A stretch of 64,000 nucleotides of DNA from a virus. Taxonomy: Duplodnaviria > Heunggongvirae > Uroviricota > Caudoviricetes. Shown here one piece after another: positions 1 through 8,862 of the stretch (positions are counted from its first letter, which is position 1; each line of letters starts with the position of its first letter). The stretch covers positions 64,001-128,000 of IMG/VR virus record IMGVR_UViG_3300029841_000001; one strand, 5' to 3'. Made by a program: the position numbers and the translations under genes. The notes beneath the pieces were generated by a model. It was not told the origin of the DNA. It did no database searches and saw only the letters and a program-made list of their open reading frames with translations.

Positions 1-229
1 CAATACTATCGAATCCACGTTTCTCTGCATCTATATACGCAGATGTAACTTGCTCTAAAAACTCGTCCTGATCCATAGGTTCATCAAGCAAATCATATCC
101 TACACTAATATTTTGATTGGCGTATTCATTTGCAAATTTTTCCAAATCTTCTTCTGTTTTTACCCATTCTGGAACTTTTGCAATATCTCCACCGCTCAAT
201 TCTACCCAAACTTTTATTTTCTCAACCAT
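1..229 (-). CDS. Hypothetical protein, 3' truncated by window edge (MVEKIKVWVELSGG...)
   Basis: ATG at 229 after GGAGG RBS; open to window start. Confidence 0.7.
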   Translation of the reverse strand, partial: MVEKIKVWVELSGGDIAKVPEWVKTEEDLEKFANEYANQNISVGYDLLDEPMDQDEFLEQVTSAYIDAEKRGFDSI

Positions 230-231
230 TT

Positions 232-459
232 TTATACCTCCATGAAAGTCGAATTATATTGTTCTCCAATAATAATTGGTCTATAAATAACATCCTCATT
301 TTTTAAAAGTTCTAATGCTTCATCACACGCTCTCCAAGCATCACTTAATTTTTTATATTGCCCCAAATAAATACTACCTTTAGGAGCATAATTAATGTAG
401 CTTGTATACATATGTAATTCCTTTCCTAAAATGTCTATTTCACTTATCATACGAAACAT
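232..459 (-). CDS. Hypothetical protein
   Basis: ORF in the co-oriented array. Confidence 0.65.
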   Translation of the reverse strand: MFRMISEIDILGKELHMYTSYINYAPKGSIYLGQYKKLSDAWRACDEALELLKNEDVIYRPIIIGEQYNSTFMEV

Positions 460-634
460 GACAATGCTCTATACACCATTTCCACCAAGGCATATTTTTC
501 ATACCACCAGCTCTTTCCCAATCTGCTTTAATAACTTCTCTAGTTTTTTCTGAAAAACAATTATAAATAAAACATGAACATTCCATTAATGCTATCTCTG
601 GATTTTCAAAACCAGTTGTGTCTAAATTAATCAT
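440..634 (-). CDS. Hypothetical protein
   Basis: AGGAGG RBS upstream. Confidence 0.7.
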   Translation of the reverse strand: MINLDTTGFENPEIALMECSCFIYNCFSEKTREVIKADWERAGGMKNMPWWKWCIEHCHVSYDK

Positions 635-666
635 ATTCTCTTATCCTCCTTTTTATATTCATAAAA

Positions 667-1074
667 TCAGTCTTTCAACTGGTTATTCTTTTCATCACAA
701 TACTTTTTTGCATCTTCATGCGTAGCAAATAAATGTTTTTCATCTGCTGTTTCTTTTATTGCTACATTGCACCAGTTATCAAATCCAATTAGTTTATAAA
801 CAACTATCGGATCATTATCTTTATTAATTGTCAATTTAATCGAAGAAACTTTCCACTCAATACGATGAACGTTATATTTAATAGCTGTTCTTTTTTCCGT
901 TCTAATTCTACGTCCACTACATTTTGGACACTTACATTTTTCACCTTTATAAATAAAGAATCCATTTCCATCACAAAATGTACATGGTATAATATCATTT
1001 ACTTCCTGTTTATTTCTATATACAAGGCATACATCTTGTCCTATATCATATTTTGTTTTAATATGTAAATCCAT
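667..1074 (-). CDS. Zn-finger protein (CxxCxGxG repeats)
   Basis: CTFCDGNG and CPKCSG motifs. Confidence 0.7.
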   Translation of the reverse strand: MDLHIKTKYDIGQDVCLVYRNKQEVNDIIPCTFCDGNGFFIYKGEKCKCPKCSGRRIRTEKRTAIKYNVHRIEWKVSSIKLTINKDNDPIVVYKLIGFDNWCNVAIKETADEKHLFATHEDAKKYCDEKNNQLKD

Positions 1075-1309
1075 AATAAATATACCTCTATTCTTTCTTC
1101 TTTAAAATTTTCGTCACTTCGCCAACACTTATACAGAATCTTTTAGCAACATCTTTCTTATCACCACTTCTATTGTAAGCATTCATAACATCTTCATATG
1201 TAAATTCTTTCTCAACTGGCTCATTCATAAAGCTATCCATCATCTATATACCTCCAAAATCTTTCTACAATATACTTCTCTGTTTGTTTCATTAATTACT
1301 CCTATTCTA

Positions 1310-2353
1310 TCATGATATACGTATGGATTCCACCTTAGATAATAAATCTTTTAATGTATCAGCATCTACTTCTGCATTAGTTTCTCTACCAGATTTAATC
1401 GCTTCTAACAGAATATCTCTTAAATCATTAGTTTTCATAGCAATTACAGGAGCATTATCAATAGCAGATTTTACACCGTTATCTATATCTTCAATTCTCT
1501 GTGCAACACTATTAAAACATTTTCTTGCCTTCTCTCGCATAACACCGATATATCGTTTCGTTGTCTCAGTGTCCGTATGTCCATATACAGTTTGTAAAAT
1601 ACCCAAACAATCAGGATCATACTTATTAATCTCATGTGCAATATAGCCAAAACTCTTTCTTAAAGAATGAGTGCTCACATTCTCAATGCCGAGAGAATCC
1701 GCTGCTTTTTTAAACTGGTGTCTGTATGAAGCTGCTTGTTTTTTTACTTCCTTATCATATTCTTCTTTGTTTTTTGCATAAGTCTTTGATTCTCTAGGAA
1801 AAATATCTTCATTCAGATGTTCTAATGGGTTAATATTCTCCATAGAACAATACTCATCAATATATTTCCATGTGACATTAGAGACAGAAATATCAATTGT
1901 TTTATCTGTCTTCTGTTCAATCAAAGTATTTAATACTTCTTTTCTTCTTCCATTCTCATAGTAAAAGTCATTCCATTTTAATGATAAAATGTCTCCGATA
2001 CGTCTTGCTAACAGGAATCCAAACATCGTAATTAAAAATTCCTGGTGATAATGATTATTTCTAAAGTAGTCAATCATATTCTTAATATCTTCTTCTCTAT
2101 AGAATGGATCAACTTCTGTTTTCCCACGTTTTTTAGTTTTCATTGTAATTTCAGATACAAGATATTCGCCATCATCAGACATATATTTAATCCATATCTG
2201 TGACTTATTATTAGAATATTTCAATGTATCAATATCATCTTCATCTGTTTCAATCGGAAGATATTTGTTTTCTTCTAATACAGAATCAATTTCTTCTAAT
2301 GATAAAACATGATCCAGAAGTCTTTCTCTAATATCATCAATCATCTTTGCCAT
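1310..2353 (-). CDS. Tyrosine recombinase/integrase family protein
   Basis: Catalytic set R (ARRIGD), K (EQKT), HSLR, H (YGH), Y (KRYI) is intact. Confidence 0.92.
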   Translation of the reverse strand: MAKMIDDIRERLLDHVLSLEEIDSVLEENKYLPIETDEDDIDTLKYSNNKSQIWIKYMSDDGEYLVSEITMKTKKRGKTEVDPFYREEDIKNMIDYFRNNHYHQEFLITMFGFLLARRIGDILSLKWNDFYYENGRRKEVLNTLIEQKTDKTIDISVSNVTWKYIDEYCSMENINPLEHLNEDIFPRESKTYAKNKEEYDKEVKKQAASYRHQFKKAADSLGIENVSTHSLRKSFGYIAHEINKYDPDCLGILQTVYGHTDTETTKRYIGVMREKARKCFNSVAQRIEDIDNGVKSAIDNAPVIAMKTNDLRDILLEAIKSGRETNAEVDADTLKDLLSKVESIRIS

Positions 2354-2355
2354 AA

Positions 2356-2541
2356 CTAATACCTCTCATCCTTCCTTATCTTTTCTAATTTCTCTTTCTT
2401 CTTATTCAAATGTCGCACTCTTGCTCTTGGTTTATATTTGTCACATTTCTGGCAATAATGCCAATGGTTTGCATATCTACCTTTCTTACATTCACCCATA
2501 CAAATATAATACAGACAAGGTGTTTCTCTGTCTTTCGCCAT
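2356..2541 (-). CDS. Small Cys/His-rich basic protein coupled to the recombinase
   Basis: Cx4Cx3C...HxxxCxxC pattern; stop lies 2 nt before the recombinase start. Confidence 0.75.
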   Translation of the reverse strand: MAKDRETPCLYYICMGECKKGRYANHWHYCQKCDKYKPRARVRHLNKKKEKLEKIRKDERY

Positions 2542-2634
2542 ATTGGTTTCCTCCGTATATTTTTTATAACTGCTTCTTTTGTCAAGAGAAGCATAGAACT
2601 TGCTTAACGCATATACGGCGTTAATAATATGTAT

Positions 2635-3543
2635 TTAGCTTACCATTGGTGTCTGTCCTACCATTTCAGTAGGTGATTTATCGTATGATTCACATAATGC
2701 AGCGAATGTTTTAAGAACTTTACTCCATTCATCTTCCTTAATCCATTGCAGATATGGAGATTTACCACGTTGTTTTAATGCAATTCCATATTTGTACTGC
2801 AAGTTTCTATATAATTCATTCCACATATCAGGGTAACGATTATGTGTTACAAGAGCAAGTTTTCTAATTCCTGCATTAAGAACACTTCTGTCTTTCCATT
2901 CAAGAATATCACCCGCGAGGGCTTTATTATCTTTCTCCAACTTGTCAATATGCCGATTCTTAAATGCAATTAGTTTTGACGTTGCTACCGCCGCTGCACT
3001 TGGATCACCACTTGATATTGCCATCCCAACTTCTAACATAAGTTTCTGTTCTTCTGTAATATCAATAATTTTGGTTTTAGATAAAGTCTTTTCTTCTATA
3101 TTAAGAAGTTGTGTTCTGACTTCTTTTGCCACATCGGATTGTTGTAATAACATTCCGATTCTCAAAACAGCTCTTCTACTAAACGCTTTAAGCCCACGAT
3201 TATTAATTGTGATGGTTTGTCCATCCTCAAAAGTATATGTAACGGAAGTTTGTTTCTTTTCAACGGAAGTAATATTTAGTTTACTTCCGTCATAATAGCT
3301 TCTTGGGAACATCTCAACACCATCTAAATCAATTTCACCTTTATTATTAGAATATAAAATCTTTATATATTCTGGTGTTACTTCATAATAATCTGCAACT
3401 TGATCAATAGACATCATATCCGTTCCAGGTAAAAGCAATAATTGTTTTACCTTTTCAAGAACTTCATAATGATTAACACACTTATCTCTAAGTGTTCTAT
3501 CGTTACATAGTGGGCTTTCATCTTGATTTTTAATTCTATTCAT
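2635..3543 (-). CDS. Antirepressor-like phage DNA-binding protein
   Basis: QVADYYEV HTH-like segment and 'RAVLRIGMLLQQSDVAKEVR' motif typical of phage antirepressor-like proteins. Confidence 0.6.
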   Translation of the reverse strand: MNRIKNQDESPLCNDRTLRDKCVNHYEVLEKVKQLLLLPGTDMMSIDQVADYYEVTPEYIKILYSNNKGEIDLDGVEMFPRSYYDGSKLNITSVEKKQTSVTYTFEDGQTITINNRGLKAFSRRAVLRIGMLLQQSDVAKEVRTQLLNIEEKTLSKTKIIDITEEQKLMLEVGMAISSGDPSAAAVATSKLIAFKNRHIDKLEKDNKALAGDILEWKDRSVLNAGIRKLALVTHNRYPDMWNELYRNLQYKYGIALKQRGKSPYLQWIKEDEWSKVLKTFAALCESYDKSPTEMVGQTPMVS

Positions 3544-3686
3544 ATTAAAATCCTTTCGTATGTAAAATTGTTAATAGTTACTTCTAAACAGTATTTCTCC
3601 ATTTAGTTTGTAAATATTTGCAATCACATAAGCAATCATTTCAATATTTAGTTATCAAGGTACAATTTATATATGGAAAATATGAC

Positions 3687-3715
3687 TTGAATTAGTCCAG
3701 GATATAAGTTATAAT
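3687..3715 (+). promoter_or_regulatory. sigma-A promoter, antisense to the early operon
   Basis: TTGAAT-17 bp-TATAAT. Confidence 0.6.
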
Positions 3716-3756
3716 ACTTTCTGGACTTATGCTAATTGCATATTTCCTATTCTATA

Positions 3757-3801
3757 TAAAAGAGTGAGTTTCGGTTTGGTCGCTGAGGACTCACTCTTTT
3801 T
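3757..3801. terminator. Bidirectional intrinsic terminator
   Basis: AAAAGAGTGAGT...ACTCACTCTTTT stem with A and T tracts on either side. Confidence 0.7.
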
Positions 3802-4198
3802 ATTGATTTTTCTTCCAATATCCATACATACAACAATCACCAGAATCCCACGTATCGTAGAAACTTCCGTCAATGGATGCAACAACATGATTTGCCACAC
3901 TTAAAAAATATGTACCTTCTTTATGTTCTTTTGTAAAACTTTCTACCGTAGGACGTTTAGATCCTTTTTTATTACTAATCCCCACATATTCAAATCCATG
4001 TTCCTCTAAATATCTCTTATAACAGGGCTTACTATTTGGATTACATTGAATATCTCTTGCAATCGGGAGTAATTCATCAAATACTTCCAACCAGGTCTTA
4101 TTCATTATTCTACACAAAGCACGAATAACACAATCACTCTGATCGTCTTTTTTGTCTTTATTATTTGGCTGAAAATATTTATAATGTTTACTTGTCAT
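3800..4198 (-). CDS. Conserved phage protein (DCVIRAL...HVV...YDTWDS)
   Basis: Motif pattern of a recurrent phage family, possibly a papain-like Cys-His fold. Confidence 0.7.
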   Translation of the reverse strand: MTSKHYKYFQPNNKDKKDDQSDCVIRALCRIMNKTWLEVFDELLPIARDIQCNPNSKPCYKRYLEEHGFEYVGISNKKGSKRPTVESFTKEHKEGTYFLSVANHVVASIDGSFYDTWDSGDCCMYGYWKKNQ

Positions 4199-4214
4199 TT
4201 TTGCTTCACTTCCT

Positions 4215-4559
4215 TTATCTTAATGCTTCTACAAATTTTCGTAACCATTTTTCTGATACATAACCAGATAATACTTCATGCAAACATCCCATAATAGCAT
4301 CAACTTCATCTTTAATAAATAAATCTGTTTTCTTGATACTATCTAACTTCTGTTCAATCAATCCAGAAAAATCAACTTCAACAATGTTATCAATATCAAT
4401 ATTAGTTACAATTACCAACTTTGACAAATCTTCCATTGTCAAAGACCATTCATCATCTGGTACATCATTATAGAAATATGCTTCCATATCATAAGTTTTA
4501 TCATAAGCTGTAATCTCTGCTCCATCTTCTCTTGATTTTAAATATTCATATAGTGTCAT
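4215..4559 (-). CDS. Hypothetical acidic protein
   Basis: ORF with RBS, downstream of a strong promoter. Confidence 0.75.
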   Translation of the reverse strand: MTLYEYLKSREDGAEITAYDKTYDMEAYFYNDVPDDEWSLTMEDLSKLVIVTNIDIDNIVEVDFSGLIEQKLDSIKKTDLFIKDEVDAIMGCLHEVLSGYVSEKWLRKFVEALR

Positions 4560-4591
4560 TTCTTATATCCCCTTTCTCTTAACTTGATTAT

Positions 4592-4620
4592 ATTATAGCA
4601 TTAGTACCATTGTATTTCAA
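4592..4620 (-). promoter_or_regulatory. sigma-A promoter overlapped by TAGTACCAWTGT direct repeats
   Basis: Minus strand TTGAAA-17 bp-TATAAT with extended -10 TG; repeats at about 4602, 4628 and 4670. Confidence 0.75.
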
Positions 4621-4694
4621 TAGGCATTAGTACCAATGTTTGTAATTGTTATTTGTGATATTTATACAATAGTACCATTGTATTTCTTGTATAA

Positions 4695-4724
4695 AAATAA
4701 GACACCTATTAAGATGTCTTATTT
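4695..4724. terminator. Intrinsic terminator
   Basis: AAATAAGACA...TGTCTTATTT hairpin. Confidence 0.6.
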
Positions 4725-4910
4725 CTAATTGTCTCTTTCCATTTTTTCTTTAATAGCTTGCCTTATGAAACCTGCTTTTGTATATCCTTTTTCTTCACAA
4801 TAAGTCGCAAGAGTAGCAGCTTCTTCTTTTGGCATAGACAATTTAACTTGTGCATATGCCTTTTTAAAATAACGCTCATTGGCTTCTTTTTTTGCTTTTG
4901 ATACTGTTAT
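4725..4910 (-). CDS. Ribbon-helix-helix (Arc/CopG-like) regulator, 61 aa, probable ATA start; absent from ORF track
   Basis: GGAGG RBS then ATA-TVSKAKKEANERYFKKAYAQVKLSMPKEEAATLATYCEEKGYTKAGFIRQAIKEKMERDN. Confidence 0.7.
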   Translation of the reverse strand: MTVSKAKKEANERYFKKAYAQVKLSMPKEEAATLATYCEEKGYTKAGFIRQAIKEKMERDN

Positions 4911-5091
4911 TTTAACCGCCTCCCATCATATCTCTTATTATTATAAAGGAAATCTACTCACGTAGCAAGTAATTATTTTATCAGCTTGACTGTATATTAC
5001 CGCAATTATACGGTCATTTCCGCTTTTTACCTCCGAAAAAGTCCTATAAGTACATATAACTTTTTCCATGAAATGTCTGTTTTAACTTTAA

Positions 5092-5625
5092 CTATTGTTT
5101 TTTCTTTTGTATTAACATATCACCAAATTCGTAGATAAAACGCCCATACCCAATTTTTTGTATAATGTTACGCAACTCAGACAAATTTTTGCAATCAATA
5201 CTATTAAACAAATTCATTACATTATCCTGGAATTTCACTCTTTTTAATTTATAATTCATTAATAAGATCATTCCATTATATGAAATAAAATCTGGATCAA
5301 TTATTTCATAATCTACTCGTTTAACAGTATTAGGTTTGTCAAAAATCCAAATTTCTTTTGTTGTGTTTACATCAGGAACATATTCGTGTATTTCATCAGA
5401 AATTAAAAAACTTTTTGAAACCATATAATATGCATGAATGATTAATGGCAATTTTAATTTCTGCATGTTGTGTAAAATTCTATATGATCCTGGAACATCT
5501 TCCAAGGAATTTCGTATAGAATTTGTAACACATATTCTTTTGATAGAATTGTTTTCGTTTATAATTTGATGCATCGGAATTTGTGGATAAAAGTTATCCA
5601 CTACATCAAATGATACATGAACCAT
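5092..5625 (-). CDS. Hypothetical protein (HVSF...RICV motif, possibly ADP-ribosyltransferase-like fold)
   Basis: ORF; the fold guess is weak. Confidence 0.6.
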   Translation of the reverse strand: MVHVSFDVVDNFYPQIPMHQIINENNSIKRICVTNSIRNSLEDVPGSYRILHNMQKLKLPLIIHAYYMVSKSFLISDEIHEYVPDVNTTKEIWIFDKPNTVKRVDYEIIDPDFISYNGMILLMNYKLKRVKFQDNVMNLFNSIDCKNLSELRNIIQKIGYGRFIYEFGDMLIQKKKQ

Positions 5626-5751
5626 ATTAATTATTCTCTTTTCATATTCGTATTAGAATCCCAATGAAAACAATTTTTGTTTTTAATTGTTACAAATGTT
5701 CTTTTTGAAATCTACAATGATCACTATTGAAGAATGATGCCTTTTTCTGTT

Positions 5752-6093
5752 TTAACTTCTCATCAAGTCATCTAATGAATCAAAAAGTTTCAAATCATCA
5801 TCTAAATTTTCATGAACCCCATGATGATAAGCAAATCTTCCAATCCATTCAATAACTTCTTTTCTGTTTTGTAAATAATCTTCTTTTCGCATCTTTCTAA
5901 TGTCATGTAACCGTTCCTGTATCACTGATCCGTTTGTGGTAAAAAGCTCTCCATGTAATTTATCATCAGAAATATTTAATAAATGACATGGATGCCAGGA
6001 CTTATCAATCCTAAATTCATACATATAATTATAATTTCCGTTAGCTTGTTCAACAGTCATTCTTATCACCTTCCATACAATTTTTGCATACAA
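5752..6093 (-). CDS. Hypothetical protein
   Basis: ORF; true start probably MTVEQ. Confidence 0.65.
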   Translation of the reverse strand: MYAKIVWKVIRMTVEQANGNYNYMYEFRIDKSWHPCHLLNISDDKLHGELFTTNGSVIQERLHDIRKMRKEDYLQNRKEVIEWIGRFAYHHGVHENLDDDLKLFDSLDDLMRS

Positions 6094-6294
6094 AAGATAA
6101 TTCTACATCCTCACAATCATTAATTTTTTATTATATCACAAATTTCATTTTCTTTTATTCCACGTTCAATAATACTGATTTCCATATCAGTAATATCATC
6201 AAACCAATCAAATCCTTGTTTTCCATCTTTAATATATGTTAATAAGATATTTTTATCTCCCATCTTTACACACCCTCATGAAAACAATCTTTCA

Positions 6295-6708
6295 TCACAT
6301 ATCTTCTAAAGTAAACCCATAATAATCCCGAAGGGTTCTTTTTTCATTAAATCCTGTAAATGGCAAACTAATACCTCTTTCCTTCAATAATTTACAAAAT
6401 TCATAATCACAAGTTTCAGGATATAGTCTTTTATCTGGCACATAATCATAATTCGATTTTATCACCAACTCTCTCATATTTTTTGGTTTTGTATAATCTC
6501 CGCTATAATCGTTACCATACATGACTGTATGAATTTCATCATTTTTTAAATATACATGAAATGTTTCTCTTGTACAAGTATAGCCATAAAGTAATGTCCT
6601 ATCTTTGGTATTTAACAAATCTTTCGCATTTATCAATTCAGCGATCTTATTTACATTTTTAAGAAATTTTAATTCCCTTAATGTCATATTGCCATCTCCA
6701 TTCTTCAC
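6295..6708 (-). CDS. Hypothetical protein (single-gene unit between repeats)
   Basis: Bounded by repeats at 6279 and 6711. Confidence 0.75.
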   Translation of the reverse strand: MKNGDGNMTLRELKFLKNVNKIAELINAKDLLNTKDRTLLYGYTCTRETFHVYLKNDEIHTVMYGNDYSGDYTKPKNMRELVIKSNYDYVPDKRLYPETCDYEFCKLLKERGISLPFTGFNEKRTLRDYYGFTLEDM

Positions 6709-6723
6709 CTTGAAAGCAATTTT

Positions 6724-7119
6724 TCAACTATTCATTTTTCCTCTTTTAATATCAAGCAATTCTTTTAGGATAACTTTTTTAATGTCAAATATTCCGTTCT
6801 CCCAAACATCCATCTCTCCGTATTCATTAAATCCAGATGTGCGGATTTCTCCATTATCCATGCAGCTAATACATTTCAAAATATCACAGTGTCCAGTTCT
6901 TGCTCCCCATAACCTAACAGAATCTAATACAATTTCAGAATATGTAAATATAACCAAATCTTCATTTGCTTTAGAGTATATATCACATAATTCCAAAATC
7001 CTTTCAGATAGTTTGTAAGGATGCAATGTATCTTGCTCTGGAAAATACTTTGCATGTTCATAATTTCCTGCAAGATATAAATTTCCATTTCGTTGACCTG
7101 TAACAATGATTATTTCCAT
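6724..7119 (-). CDS. Truncated ABC-ATPase C-terminal/DUF3696-like protein
   Basis: FPEQDTLHP, VIFTYSE and WENGIFD resemble the PE.HLHP, IIETHSE and WP.GFFD motifs; no Walker A. Confidence 0.55.
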   Translation of the reverse strand: MEIIIVTGQRNGNLYLAGNYEHAKYFPEQDTLHPYKLSERILELCDIYSKANEDLVIFTYSEIVLDSVRLWGARTGHCDILKCISCMDNGEIRTSGFNEYGEMDVWENGIFDIKKVILKELLDIKRGKMNS

Positions 7120-7145
7120 TATATCACCTCTTTAAAACCGTCATT

Positions 7146-7568
7146 TTACAATAATAAAACCGCAATTTCCGCTACGGATAACTCATTTCTTGTTATTTGT
7201 AATGCCTGCAAATCAGTAAGATTGTATTTGTCTCTAAATGGAATTGCTAAATTACATATTGCTTTTTTACTTACTTTATTACTTCTACATAATTTTTGAA
7301 AGTTGCTTTGCAAATTGCTTTGCAAATTTCCGACTTCTCTCAATAAATTTTCCATAGCATTATCTTGTGCAAAAATTCCATTCAGTTGCAATAACAATTC
7401 AAGCTGCTCAATTTCCGTTTTCAGCTTTTTCATTACCAGCAAATCATTAATTGTATTATCCTCATATGTGGGAGAATCCATGTTTTGTATATTTATTTTG
7501 AAGTATTCCTGTTTCTTAGATAAATCTTCTTTCAAAGAATTTATTCGTGCAACAATCCATTCATTCAT
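7146..7568 (-). CDS. Hypothetical coiled-coil protein
   Basis: Bounded by repeats at 7133 and 7581. Confidence 0.7.
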   Translation of the reverse strand: MNEWIVARINSLKEDLSKKQEYFKINIQNMDSPTYEDNTINDLLVMKKLKTEIEQLELLLQLNGIFAQDNAMENLLREVGNLQSNLQSNFQKLCRSNKVSKKAICNLAIPFRDKYNLTDLQALQITRNELSVAEIAVLLL

Positions 7569-7585
7569 ATTTTCGCTCCATAAAA

Positions 7586-8413
7586 CTATTCTTTCATCTT
7601 TCTATTCTTGTTTAATTTCTCCCATCTTTCAGGATATGTTTCTTTAAACCATTTTAAAAAATCTCCAAACATTGCGTCCTCTGCATCTTTACGTGCTTTT
7701 GCAGCATCTTCAATATTTTTATATTCTCCTAAAAAATACTTCTTTTTTTGAAATTCAATAAGAGCTACCCATTTTTGATTTCGACTATTTTGATATACGC
7801 CTTTAATTCCAGATTTATTATTTTTAGGTAACTTATTATTTGATATTGATATTACAGACGTATCGTTCAAATAAAATTGTTTTTGAACATTATTTGCTTT
7901 TTTCATAATTATCTTATTAAATTCATGCCTTAAACATCCACAAGATTGTTTAGAAGGAAATGCTGAAGCAGACACACTAAATTCTTTTCCACAAGCAGGA
8001 CATTTACATAACCATAAATAACTAAGACTTTTATTCTTTTTCTCTAATCGTTTTATTGCTATGCATCCATATTTATTTACTTTCCCCGCCAAATCAAGAG
8101 ATTTTGACTTATTCATTTGTTCTTGAGCTTTATGTCCACAGGAAACCGTAGCCCCTGATTGTAAATCATCAAATCTTATTGTACGTATATTTCCACATGA
8201 ACATTTACATATAGAATATATTTTTCCTGCTTTTCTATAAGATTTTTCAATGATTAATTCCCCAAATTTTTGATTATTAAATTCATCGGTATAGATAGGA
8301 GTATTCCTGCATTCTTCTGAACAAAATCTTGCATTACATTTTCCATCAAACACTTTCCCACAAACAACACATATTTTCTTAGACATTTTGATCCATTTCC
8401 TTTTCTTGAACAA
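7586..8413 (-). CDS. AP2-domain DNA-binding protein with repeated CxCxCG...SCG modules
   Basis: NKSGIKGVY...KWVALI...YFLG...DAAKAR AP2 signature; related to HNH-AP2 homing endonucleases. Confidence 0.82.
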   Translation of the reverse strand: MFKKRKWIKMSKKICVVCGKVFDGKCNARFCSEECRNTPIYTDEFNNQKFGELIIEKSYRKAGKIYSICKCSCGNIRTIRFDDLQSGATVSCGHKAQEQMNKSKSLDLAGKVNKYGCIAIKRLEKKNKSLSYLWLCKCPACGKEFSVSASAFPSKQSCGCLRHEFNKIIMKKANNVQKQFYLNDTSVISISNNKLPKNNKSGIKGVYQNSRNQKWVALIEFQKKKYFLGEYKNIEDAAKARKDAEDAMFGDFLKWFKETYPERWEKLNKNRKMKE

Positions 8414-8630
8414 AACCTTCTAAAATATCTTCGTATAATTTATCAGAAATAGTTTCATGTATTAATGGTTCTCTATTTTCAAATCCAATTGCTAAATCTA
8501 AACTCGTATCAATATCAGATAATGCTCTTTCTCTACTAAATCCCATTGCAACAACTTCATTCAATAAATCAATAGTTTTCTTCATAATCATTCTCTCCAA
8601 TCTTTTAATATATTTTATTACACATTCCAC
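8379..8630 (-). CDS. Hypothetical protein
   Basis: ORF in the array. Confidence 0.6.
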   Translation of the reverse strand: MECVIKYIKRLERMIMKKTIDLLNEVVAMGFSRERALSDIDTSLDLAIGFENREPLIHETISDKLYEDILEGFVQEKEMDQNV

Positions 8631-8862
8631 AATGGGACTATTAATTATAAATTTTTATTATATAATTCTACCACAAACTTATCAATCTGTCACCATATGA
8701 AAGAATCCTTTCAACTATACAGCTACATTTATTTTATGATTATTTTCCATCCATAAAATAGATTCATATTCTTTTTTCTTCATTGCACAAGCATTGTTTC
8801 CGCTCATTATAGTAACATAATCAATTCCGTTTACCTTAAATGTTCCAACAACTTTCATCATC

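Noticed and set aside
3775..3800. CTGAGGA as a hammerhead ribozyme core
   Set aside because: No correctly placed GAAA or stem II/III on the same strand; explained by the terminator stem.
7300..7330. TTGCTTTGCAAA tandem duplication
   Set aside because: Simple in-frame 12-bp duplication (NLQS NLQS) with no wider pattern.
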